This document shows positions 1 through 8,112 of a stretch of 64,000 nucleotides of DNA, in pieces. Under the pieces are notes generated by a model. It did not search any database, was not told where the DNA came from, and saw only the letters and a list, made by a program, of their open reading frames with translations. Location of the stretch: assembly GCA_018238155.1 (NCBI GenBank), contig JABCTZ010000032.1, positions 128,001-192,000 on the forward strand, written 5' to 3'. The DNA is from Candidatus Heimdallarchaeota archaeon. GTDB taxonomy: Archaea; Asgardarchaeota; Heimdallarchaeia; JABLTI01. Numbering within the stretch: position 1 is the stretch's first letter; each line of letters starts with the position of its first letter. Position numbers and translations under genes: made by a program.

Positions 1-8
1 ATGGAGAA

Positions 9-917
9 TTGTCTAAATTTAATAAAAGCCTTCTAAAATTCATCGAAGATTATTCATATGATACTCTCTGGTTCAAAGATGAAAGCAAAAAGACAGATGA
101 AATTCCCGTAGAAGTTATCTCATTATCTGTTATTAAGACAAAGGCAGTTATGCTCTGGAAAAATAAAAGTGAGGTATATAATAAATTATCCGGAGGAGAT
201 TCTCCATACTTCACGAAAAATCCTGAGAAGGTTAGAGGTAAATATTCTATGTATGCAATAGGTATCGGTGTGTTAGGCTCAATCGGTTTCGTTATCGGTT
301 CCTCATTCTTTTTCATTAATGGATTAGTATGGGGTGCCGCAGGTGTAATTGCGGCATCTTTCATTGGGTATCTAGTATCAAATAAAATGCCAAAACTAAC
401 TAAAGAAGGAGCGAAAGCAAAAGCAAGTTGGCAAAGCTATTTGCAATTAATACGTGGACAAATGCTTGGATTCCCTGACCCATATGAACAATTTAGCTTT
501 TCAATGGACCACTTCTCATATCTACTAATTGACCCTAAATTTGATTTACCACATCACCTTAAACATATCGCGAAAAAAATACCCAATAACACCCCTCCTT
601 CTAACTATCATTATACCGCACCATATTGGTATTATTATCCTAGAATATACTTACCAAGGCAATCTGGAATGATGACTCACAGAACAATAACTGGATTCGA
701 CAGTCTTGGTAGAGGTTTTGAATCAATGGTTAATGGAATAAGTAATTTAGCCGAAAGTTTACCAACGGCAATATCAAATATGGCTGAAGGATTAACTGGA
801 GCAATTTCTTCTATGAGTGACGGTTTCACTCCTCCATCTTCGAGTGGAGGTATCAGTGGTTTCGGTGGAGGTTCCAGTGGTGGAGGAGGCGGAGGTGGCG
901 GTGGAGGAATTGGTTAA
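9..917 (+). CDS. DUF2207-like membrane protein, C-terminal part (probably 5'-truncated by the window)
   Basis: Two TM helices, a 'LTKEGAKAKASW' segment and a Gly/Ser-rich tail ending GGGGGGIG, typical of DUF2207. Confidence 0.7.
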   Translation: MSKFNKSLLKFIEDYSYDTLWFKDESKKTDEIPVEVISLSVIKTKAVMLWKNKSEVYNKLSGGDSPYFTKNPEKVRGKYSMYAIGIGVLGSIGFVIGSSFFFINGLVWGAAGVIAASFIGYLVSNKMPKLTKEGAKAKASWQSYLQLIRGQMLGFPDPYEQFSFSMDHFSYLLIDPKFDLPHHLKHIAKKIPNNTPPSNYHYTAPYWYYYPRIYLPRQSGMMTHRTITGFDSLGRGFESMVNGISNLAESLPTAISNMAEGLTGAISSMSDGFTPPSSSGGISGFGGGSSGGGGGGGGGGIG

Positions 918-947
918 CTTCATCAAAATCTAATTGAAATAAGATTG

Positions 948-979
948 CTTTTGGGTGAAAACCCGAAAGATTTTCTTTT
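948..979 (+). terminator. GAAA-tetraloop hairpin with T-rich tail
   Basis: cttttgggt-gaaa-acccgaaag then attttctttt, between convergent genes. Confidence 0.55.
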
Positions 980-1024
980 ATCTAACAGTATTAAAAAAAT
1001 AGCTCTTTGAAAGAGATTAGTTAT

Positions 1025-1744
1025 CTAATCTTCTTTCTTTTGCTTCTCTTTTTTCTTTTTTACTTTCTTTTTTGGTTCTTCCTTTCTGTTGGTTTCAAGC
1101 TCTTCTTTCTTATCTTTTTCTTCTGTCTTCTTTTGCTTATCGTCTGTTTTCTCCTTCTTATACTTCAAAAGTTGATTAGCAATTATTTTTTCAAGAACTT
1201 CTTCTTCTAAATCTTCACTATCAATAACAACAAAATTCAATTTTTCATCTGCAAAAGTTTGAATTATGGGGCTCTTATTCATAAGAATCATACCAATTCC
1301 GCCAAAAAGTTGCATATCGACAAAAGAAAAAATGAATCGTTTGAAACTTAATAAAAGATCATTATTAGTTAAATAGAGAAGTTCACCACTTTGCTCTCCT
1401 GCAATTAGCATCAAGCGGATTCCCATAACTTTTTTACCAATTGTTAAACCATTTGTTTTAATTGGCCAATAAACAAAATAAGCAGAAGAAGCTAACGCTG
1501 TTACAACGCCCATAAGAGGCCAGAAAATATAGAGTAAAACCTCTAAAACAGGTTTAGCAGTTAAGACGAAGGAAACATGGAATACAAAAGGTAAGGCTAA
1601 ACAAACAAATAAGATTAGATCGATGATTAAAAAATCAATAATTGCAGCTATTATTCTATTAGAAATAGATGACAAGGGTTTCTTGATATTGGTAGTTTTT
1701 TTCTCCTCACTCATAAATAAGTCTCCAAATAACGATTGATTCAA
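1025..1744 (-). CDS. RDD family membrane protein with Lys/Glu-rich tail
   Basis: R-IIAAIID, G-TIGKKVMGI and FAD motifs. Confidence 0.85.
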   Translation of the reverse strand: MNQSLFGDLFMSEEKKTTNIKKPLSSISNRIIAAIIDFLIIDLILFVCLALPFVFHVSFVLTAKPVLEVLLYIFWPLMGVVTALASSAYFVYWPIKTNGLTIGKKVMGIRLMLIAGEQSGELLYLTNNDLLLSFKRFIFSFVDMQLFGGIGMILMNKSPIIQTFADEKLNFVVIDSEDLEEEVLEKIIANQLLKYKKEKTDDKQKKTEEKDKKEELETNRKEEPKKKVKKKKEKQKKED

Positions 1745-1823
1745 GATTATAAAAATACATGTTGTTTTAAAAAAATTCTCTAAGGTAAGGAAAAAAGAAG
1801 AAATGAAGGAACTAGTAAAAAAA

Positions 1824-2360
1824 TTACTCAGTCCTTGGTTTCTTTAGAGGTACTAAAGATTCATCAACTTGAACGACAATGGTTTTGCCAAATTGATCTG
1901 CGAATCTTTGGTTGTTGTTGTCATTGGTAATAAAGTACCACGCGATCAAACCAAAAGCAAATCCAGCTTCTATCCAACCAATAAGGGCACGTATAAATAC
2001 TTTACTAAAATCACCTTCAGTAATTGATCTAAGCGTCCATTTAGCTTCATCCTCAATTAACATAAGCTTAATTTTTTGCATCTTTTTACCGATTGTTTGA
2101 CCGTCATTTTTATAGGGCATCCAAACAAAGATGTAAAACATTGCTACAAAACCTAATACGTATAGTACAAAGCTCAATAGATAACTAAGCCAACCACCAA
2201 TAACGGGGATAGTACCTATAACAAAATAGAGAATAACACCTAAAATATAAATGCCGAAAACGATACCATAATCAACAATAGCCGCAATAGCTCGTTCTTT
2301 AAAAGTAGCTAAAGCAACTTTAACATCTGGTTTTTCTGTTTTTTCAGTTTTTTCACTCAT
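1824..2360 (-). CDS. RDD family membrane protein
   Basis: ERAIAAIVD, GQTIGKK and QRFADQFGKTIVV. Confidence 0.9.
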   Translation of the reverse strand: MSEKTEKTEKPDVKVALATFKERAIAAIVDYGIVFGIYILGVILYFVIGTIPVIGGWLSYLLSFVLYVLGFVAMFYIFVWMPYKNDGQTIGKKMQKIKLMLIEDEAKWTLRSITEGDFSKVFIRALIGWIEAGFAFGLIAWYFITNDNNNQRFADQFGKTIVVQVDESLVPLKKPRTE

Positions 2361-2561
2361 AATAAACTAACTCCTACTAATAAAAGGATAATAGTACCTT
2401 CCTTTCGAACGAACTAGTATAAAAATAATTTCAGAAAGAGCAAGAAAAATAAGGAAAACTCGTGAATAAAAAAATCGGAATAACCTTTAAATGCGACAAA
2501 AATATCTCTGCTTAAGGATTTTCAATCAAAATAGGACTCAAATTTCAAACGGTGAAAATAT

Positions 2562-4067
2562 ATGGCAGATGAAGATATATATGCTGACGTTCAGTTAGCA
2601 AAGAAACCAGAAGATGAGTGCGCCAACTCAGCTTCAATTGAAGCAAAGAAAACAGGAAAGATTAATGTTTTCCTTTGGTTTTCATACGATGCTGCGGACA
2701 CCTACTTTTCACAATTAATAATTAGCCTTGCTTTTACACCACTAGCTCTTTTGTTAGGTATAGAAATAGGTTGGACATATACATTCACGTTTGTAATAGT
2801 CTCACTCTTTATGGCATTTTCAAACTTGCTAATAGCTGCTCTTGGACCAATTATGGGTTCTATATCAGATATTGCCGGCAAACGAAAAGGAGCAGTAATT
2901 ATTGTTGCAAGTATTATGGTTGCTTCAACAGCTGCAGTGACTCCTTTTGTAAGTTTTGGTACACCCATGTTTAAATTCTGGATGGCAACCATTCTATTTG
3001 TAATAGCAAACTTCTGCTATCAAGCGGGTAGAATGTTTTACGATGCCCAAATCCCTTTCATTGCAAAAACAGAGCAACGTTCATTTACACAAGCTTTAGG
3101 TGGTTCTCTTAGCTTCATCGGGTCTGTTCTTGGAGTTGTGACAAGTATGGTTTTAGTGGGTATCTTTGGCAAACCAACACATATTGATACTGCTATTTGG
3201 GCGAATGCCTCTATAAGACCTGAAGATATTGAATATGGTGGTCTTCAATGGATGTTTCTTATTGGTGCAATTGTCATGGTAATTATGGCATTACCTTATC
3301 TTTTCCATAAAGAAGTTGAAACTCCAACGAAAGTCACTTTGATAGACAATTTTAAACAATCACGAAAGATTTTCCGGACAACAGGAAAGGAAATTCTAAG
3401 AGATCGAAATTCTTTGCTTTTCTTTCTAGGTTGGTTCTTTATTACCGATGCTGCGAATACTGCAATACTTTATATGACTGTAACTATTCAAGGAGCTGTA
3501 GGATATGATTTAGCAACTACTAATTATGTTCTTTTCGCAGGCATTGGTGGAAGTTTAATTTTTGCTGTTATCACAGGACTTTTTATGAACAAATATGGTC
3601 CAAAGTTAACTTTCATTGTAAATGGTATTTCATGGGCAATTGCTGTTCTAATAATTATTTTCTCCGGTTGGGAGATTGGAGGTATTATGACTCCAAAATG
3701 GTTGGTGTTTTTCGGGGCGTTCTTTGTTGGTATTGGTTTTGGAGGTATCTGGATTGTTGGAAGACAATTCATTATGGTACTAGCTCCACCTTCGAAATTA
3801 GCTCAATATGGGGGTTTCCAAAAAATCGCTGGGCGAGTTAGTGCAATTGTATCTCCACTTATGTATGCTGGACTTATCTTTGCTTTTGAACCACAATTCG
3901 GCATTCGTAATGCCTATCGTTTTGCTTTAGCTTCTCTAATAATCTTTTTCATAATTGGAGTAGGACTAATTTCATTCATTAAAGACCCACACAAACGGTA
4001 TCTCTCTGGTGAGCGTGCGCCTTATACGGGCTTATATGATAAGCAACAAGATGAGGAAATCGCATAA
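2562..4067 (+). CDS. MFS transporter (UMF1/Atg22-like)
   Basis: About 12 TM; W-YDAADT N-terminal motif; GSISDIAGKRK motif A. Confidence 0.85.
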   Translation: MADEDIYADVQLAKKPEDECANSASIEAKKTGKINVFLWFSYDAADTYFSQLIISLAFTPLALLLGIEIGWTYTFTFVIVSLFMAFSNLLIAALGPIMGSISDIAGKRKGAVIIVASIMVASTAAVTPFVSFGTPMFKFWMATILFVIANFCYQAGRMFYDAQIPFIAKTEQRSFTQALGGSLSFIGSVLGVVTSMVLVGIFGKPTHIDTAIWANASIRPEDIEYGGLQWMFLIGAIVMVIMALPYLFHKEVETPTKVTLIDNFKQSRKIFRTTGKEILRDRNSLLFFLGWFFITDAANTAILYMTVTIQGAVGYDLATTNYVLFAGIGGSLIFAVITGLFMNKYGPKLTFIVNGISWAIAVLIIIFSGWEIGGIMTPKWLVFFGAFFVGIGFGGIWIVGRQFIMVLAPPSKLAQYGGFQKIAGRVSAIVSPLMYAGLIFAFEPQFGIRNAYRFALASLIIFFIIGVGLISFIKDPHKRYLSGERAPYTGLYDKQQDEEIA

Positions 4068-4071
4068 AAAA

Positions 4072-4102
4072 GTTGAAGGATTTATCCTTCACTCATTTTT
4101 TT
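4072..4102. terminator. Bidirectional hairpin terminator
   Basis: gaagga-ttta-tccttc flanked by A and T runs between convergent genes. Confidence 0.5.
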
Positions 4103-4123
4103 ATCTAATTCAAAGTATTTTTA

Positions 4124-4492
4124 TTACTCAAGGTTTTTTTCATCTTCTAACATTTGAAGGCATTCTTCATATACTTCAACTGCTTTTCGGAGATGTGGTA
4201 TAATTATTGATCCACCAACAATTAGTGCAACATTCATTGCTTCGTAAAATTCTGCAGGTGTTACATCTTCCTTAACACAGTTGATAATATGGTAACTTAT
4301 ACAATCATTGCAACGTAAAACTGTAGATGCAACTAATCCTAGAAGTTCTTTTACTTTGATGGATAATGCTCCTTCATCATACGCTCGAGAGTCAAGAGCA
4401 AAGAACCTTGTTATTTGCTTGTTACCGCTGTTGAGTATTTTTTCATTCATTTTCTCTCTGTATTTTTTGAATTCTTCTAATTTGTCTGCCAT
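4124..4492 (-). CDS. Carboxymuconolactone decarboxylase/AhpD-like protein
   Basis: GALSIKVKELLGL...LRCNDCISYH (CxxC). Confidence 0.9.
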   Translation of the reverse strand: MADKLEEFKKYREKMNEKILNSGNKQITRFFALDSRAYDEGALSIKVKELLGLVASTVLRCNDCISYHIINCVKEDVTPAEFYEAMNVALIVGGSIIIPHLRKAVEVYEECLQMLEDEKNLE

Positions 4493-4632
4493 TTTGTTAG
4501 CTCCAATTCTTTAACTCTATTCAAATGTTTTATTTCTTTTTCTATTACAGGTTAACTGTTTCCGATATCTTTTTGTAACACAAAGGTTTTTTTTGAATGT
4601 TGTTAATAGTAGTTTAGTTATTATCCAAATAG

Positions 4633-5337
4633 TTGGTGGAAACTCATATGGCTCGAACAGCTCTCAAATGGATACTTGGTTTAATTTTAACAGTTATTGG
4701 ATTCTTTTTTACGGGTGTAGTTGTCGTTTTCTATATATTGGGAAGGAATACCATGGGTGGATTAATCAGTGCTATAGTTATAGGTTCAATTGGATATATT
4801 CCTGGTTTGATCTTAATTATACTTGCATTGGTTGATGGAGCACACAATGTCTTTGACTTGCGGATTTCCAAACTCCTTGAGGAACATGACCGAATCACTC
4901 CAACTGATCTTGCAGAAAAAGCTCGAAGTCGTGAAGATAAAATAGAAGCATCTGTTTCAAGAATTATTGAGAAAGGTCTAATTATTGTTTATTTTGATAA
5001 GGCTACAGGTGAATTTGTTACACAAGAGGGTCGCGCTATAGCTGAACGTATAATGGGAATCATTATCTCCAAAAGACGTGTTACTCTACAATTGCTGTGT
5101 GATGAAACAGGAATGACTGAGGATGAAGTAAAGCGTATTGTAATTGGCATGGAGAAACGAGGATTGTTTGATGGTACCTACGACTGGCAAAGTGGCAAAA
5201 TCCTCTCAAGAGAAGGCACAACCCAGCTTACCGTTGCTAAAACTAGTTGCCCACATTGTGGTGCTCATTTGACTGAACCTCCACTGCCCGGAGAAGAAAT
5301 AAAATGTAATTATTGTGGAAAAATAATTACTGGTTAG
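4633..5337 (+). CDS. Membrane protein: 2 TM, tandem PCI-like winged helices, C-terminal zinc ribbon
   Basis: Hydrophobic N-terminus; two WH patterns (DLAEK...KGLI...FD; LLCDETG...RGLFDGTYD); CPHCG...CNYCG. True start probably ATG at 4648. Confidence 0.7.
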   Translation: MVETHMARTALKWILGLILTVIGFFFTGVVVVFYILGRNTMGGLISAIVIGSIGYIPGLILIILALVDGAHNVFDLRISKLLEEHDRITPTDLAEKARSREDKIEASVSRIIEKGLIIVYFDKATGEFVTQEGRAIAERIMGIIISKRRVTLQLLCDETGMTEDEVKRIVIGMEKRGLFDGTYDWQSGKILSREGTTQLTVAKTSCPHCGAHLTEPPLPGEEIKCNYCGKIITG

Positions 5338-5349
5338 TAATTTAAAAGA

Positions 5350-5370
5350 AATCTCCTTACCTAGGAGATT
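5350..5370. terminator. Hairpin between convergent genes
   Basis: aatctcct-tacct-aggagatt. Confidence 0.5.
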
Positions 5371-5384
5371 CATTCCTTTATTTT

Positions 5385-5834
5385 TTACAACTCCTTTACC
5401 ATGAGGTATCCATCTGATAAATCATCATAATACTCTTTCAATTTGCTTTTTATCTTGAAATCATATTTCTTGTAAAACTGTATTGCGGGAACATTATCTA
5501 TCTTAACTTCTAATCTTACTCTTACAATTGGTGACTTGCGCATCACATCAAGAGTAAATACTAAAATTATCAAACCAATTCCTTTTCTTTGGTGATTCGG
5601 GTGGACAGCAAAGATCATTATATGGGCTGTTTCAATTGAATATATACCAAATATGACAAACCCAACAATTAGTTTAGAGGTGGATTCCACTGCAACATAA
5701 TAATGTTCAACTCCAATAAGTGATTCTGCAAGCTCAAAAGCATCATCTCCTGGGAAACACTTCTCGCAGATAAATTGAATTTCTTTCAGGTCTTTTTTCA
5801 TTACTTTTCTTATTTCTATTGTAGAGCTGCTCAT
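5385..5834 (-). CDS. GNAT N-acetyltransferase (RimI/Ard1-like)
   Basis: AVHPNHQRKGIG, LEV..DNVPAIQFYKK, EYY...DGYLM. Confidence 0.85.
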   Translation of the reverse strand: MSSSTIEIRKVMKKDLKEIQFICEKCFPGDDAFELAESLIGVEHYYVAVESTSKLIVGFVIFGIYSIETAHIMIFAVHPNHQRKGIGLIILVFTLDVMRKSPIVRVRLEVKIDNVPAIQFYKKYDFKIKSKLKEYYDDLSDGYLMVKEL

Positions 5835-6095
5835 CTAAACATTTACTTCCAACAAGTGAACCAAATTAATACTCACTAATCTATTTTTAAGAATTTTTGC
5901 AAGTAATACTGAACTAATTTTCATTAATCATTACTGCTAATGAGGAGTAGTTATATATATGGGTTAAAAACTTCTCAATTTGCATAATGCTTATTTACTA
6001 GAGGAAACTCCTCAAAGTATATTATTATAATCATTTGCAAAAGTAGTGAGTCATCTCTCTTTTTGTGAAGATTATTATTTATTGGTGCAATTACA

Positions 6096-7322
6096 ATGTC
6101 AGATAAAATTTCCGAACTTCTTACAAACTTGAAATCAAAAGATGCAACAATCAGAATTAAAGCAGCAAAAAATTTAGGTGGTTTAGGTGATCGTCGTGCT
6201 ACTCCTGAATTAATGAACACAATAAAAGAAAACCCCGATGTAGAAACTCGAGTTGCTGTTGCAGAAGCTTTAGGAAAAATTGGTGATAGGGTTGCAACAG
6301 AGCTTCTTATTGATACATTTAAGCGTGATCCTGATAAAAAAGTCAAAACTGCAATGCTAATGGCCTTGGGTGAACTTGGAGATGATAATGCATACGATCT
6401 TCTGTATAACGCCATTCTAACAGAAAAACTGTTAGTAATTCGTGAAGCAGCCATTATTGCTATTGGAAAATTGAATAATAAAGCTGTTGCTATTGAACTT
6501 CAGGAAATTGTTCTTGCAGAAAAAAGTACTAAATTAATCGTTGCAGCAATAAAATCACTCTATCTTTTAGGGGAAAGAAAAGCTGCACCTATGTTCAAAG
6601 AATTACTAGAAACATCTGATAATGCAACAATCAGAGCTGAAGTTGCAACAGGTTTAGGACGAATTGGAGGACGAGAAGCATTAACACCATTAATTGCTAT
6701 TCTTAAAAAGGAAAAGGATGAAAATGTTAGAAACTCTATTGTAATCTCACTAGGACGAATAGCCAATACTACGTCAGTAGATTCATTGATAGATGTCTTG
6801 AAAAATGATGAAAGTCCAATCATTCGAAAAAGTGCTGCTTGGTCTCTTAGACGAATTAAAGTTGGTCGAATTTCAAGTGTTCTTATGACTCAACTAGATA
6901 AAGAACCGGTTGAATTTGTTAAACAAGAAATTATTGCCTCTCTTGGTAAACACAAAGAAAGGAAAGCTATTAATGCTATTGTGGAAGTATTAGCAAATTC
7001 AAAAGATATTCAAGTTAGACGTGCAGCTGCAATAGCTCTTGGAGATATTAATGATAAAAAAGCGATTGAACCTTTACTAACAACCCTTGAAACAGATACT
7101 TCTGTTGAAGTAAGAAAATATGCTGCTTGGGCTCTTAGTAAACTGAAAAGTGTTAACTCTAAAGAAATATTAATTGAATATAAACAAAAAGAGAAGGATG
7201 ATTCGGTAAAAGAAATGATTCAAACTGCAATCAATACAATAGAAAATGCTATCAAACAAGCGGAAACCGAAGCTGCAAAAGCAGAAGAGCGTGCTAAAAA
7301 GGAAGAGTATTATTACTTTTAA
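6096..7322 (+). CDS. HEAT-repeat (PBS-lyase-like) protein
   Basis: About 12 repeats of roughly 32 aa (VR..AA.ALG.IG), helical tail ending EEYYYF. Confidence 0.9.
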   Translation: MSDKISELLTNLKSKDATIRIKAAKNLGGLGDRRATPELMNTIKENPDVETRVAVAEALGKIGDRVATELLIDTFKRDPDKKVKTAMLMALGELGDDNAYDLLYNAILTEKLLVIREAAIIAIGKLNNKAVAIELQEIVLAEKSTKLIVAAIKSLYLLGERKAAPMFKELLETSDNATIRAEVATGLGRIGGREALTPLIAILKKEKDENVRNSIVISLGRIANTTSVDSLIDVLKNDESPIIRKSAAWSLRRIKVGRISSVLMTQLDKEPVEFVKQEIIASLGKHKERKAINAIVEVLANSKDIQVRRAAAIALGDINDKKAIEPLLTTLETDTSVEVRKYAAWALSKLKSVNSKEILIEYKQKEKDDSVKEMIQTAINTIENAIKQAETEAAKAEERAKKEEYYYF

Positions 7323-7343
7323 TTTTCCTTTTTTAGATATTTT

Positions 7344-7796
7344 CTATAGTAATTTCTCTTGTTGAAAATCACCAATCAGTTCTCCAAACGATATACCATT
7401 ACTTAATGCATGTGTATATGAGATTTTGTAATTAGTTCCATTGCGAACACTCAAAAGTTGATCTGGAACATGTAAGAATGAAAATCCTTTGCGACGATTT
7501 TTGAATTTTACACCAACATAAGGTTCAAAGCCAATTCTCTTGCTGAATGCAAGTAAACCGACGATTTGCTCCTTGCTAATATAAAGAGTATTTTTCCGTA
7601 TTGTCTTAATTTCAAGAACAAAGAATTTCTTTCGTTTAACTGAACCCGCAATTAGATCTGGTCTTGGAAGAATTGTGCCACCTCCAGATGCAGGCGCACG
7701 AAGAACTGCAAAACCCGCTTCCCAGAACATATGAACTAAATCTCTTTCTGCTTTAACACCACTTGAAGACAAATACACACCCATCATAATGTACAA
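7344..7796 (-). CDS. hjc: Archaeal Holliday junction resolvase
   Basis: G..AERDL...GFAVLRAPASGG...PDLIAG...EIK; true start probably TTG near 7772. Confidence 0.9.
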   Translation of the reverse strand: MYIMMGVYLSSSGVKAERDLVHMFWEAGFAVLRAPASGGGTILPRPDLIAGSVKRKKFFVLEIKTIRKNTLYISKEQIVGLLAFSKRIGFEPYVGVKFKNRRKGFSFLHVPDQLLSVRNGTNYKISYTHALSNGISFGELIGDFQQEKLL

Positions 7797-7942
7797 TAAA
7801 TCAAATAAAAATTCTAGGAAGAGATGGCTAATGATTTTGTTGAAATCGTACTAATAAGAGTTATATTTGAAATCTAAGAGATAAAATTTGTAATTACATC
7901 TTTCTAAAAGATCAAAGGTTTGATTTAAAAATAGAGAATTGA

Positions 7943-8090
7943 TCTGGAAAGCGACAGCCCAAAAATCGACCATTGTTTCAGGGAAAACAATGGGGAGCGC
8001 GTATGGACGGGCTTATCGCAATCCAGAATGCAGGTGAACAGGTCTCATAATGAGACCGGTTTTTTTTTGAACAAGGTCTCTCTTGTTACA
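7943..8090. ncRNA. Candidate structured RNA or cis-element (nested long hairpin plus two small hairpins and a T9 run)
   Basis: GC-rich island with nested complementary blocks 7943-48/8022-27, 7951-54/8016-19, 7956-60/8009-13, 7970-78/7985-93; palindrome 8041-8057; hairpin 8070-8087. No family recognised. Confidence 0.55.
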
Positions 8091-8112
8091 AGCATGATTT
8101 TGGATTGATTTT

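Noticed and set aside
855-914. GGN-rich repeat
   Set aside because: Encodes the poly-Gly tail of the DUF2207-like protein; not a separate repeat element
5975-6454. 159-aa antisense ORF
   Set aside because: Shadow of the HEAT-repeat gene with no recognisable motifs
7994-8027. GAGCGCGUAUG resembles the start of group II intron domain V
   Set aside because: No GNRA-capped D5 stem or complementary 3' arm, no D6 and no RT gene
8028-8040. UUCACCUG resembles the U1 snRNA 5' end
   Set aside because: Equally explained as an anti-Shine-Dalgarno sequence; no other U1 features
7943-8090. SECIS, c-di-GMP riboswitch, SRP, H/ACA, hammerhead or tRNA identity for the structured element
   Set aside because: Required cores (AUGA/GA quartet with stem, GEMM GAAA/receptor, SRP helix 8, K-turn with ACA, CUGAnGA/GAAA, cloverleaf) are not found in the right geometry
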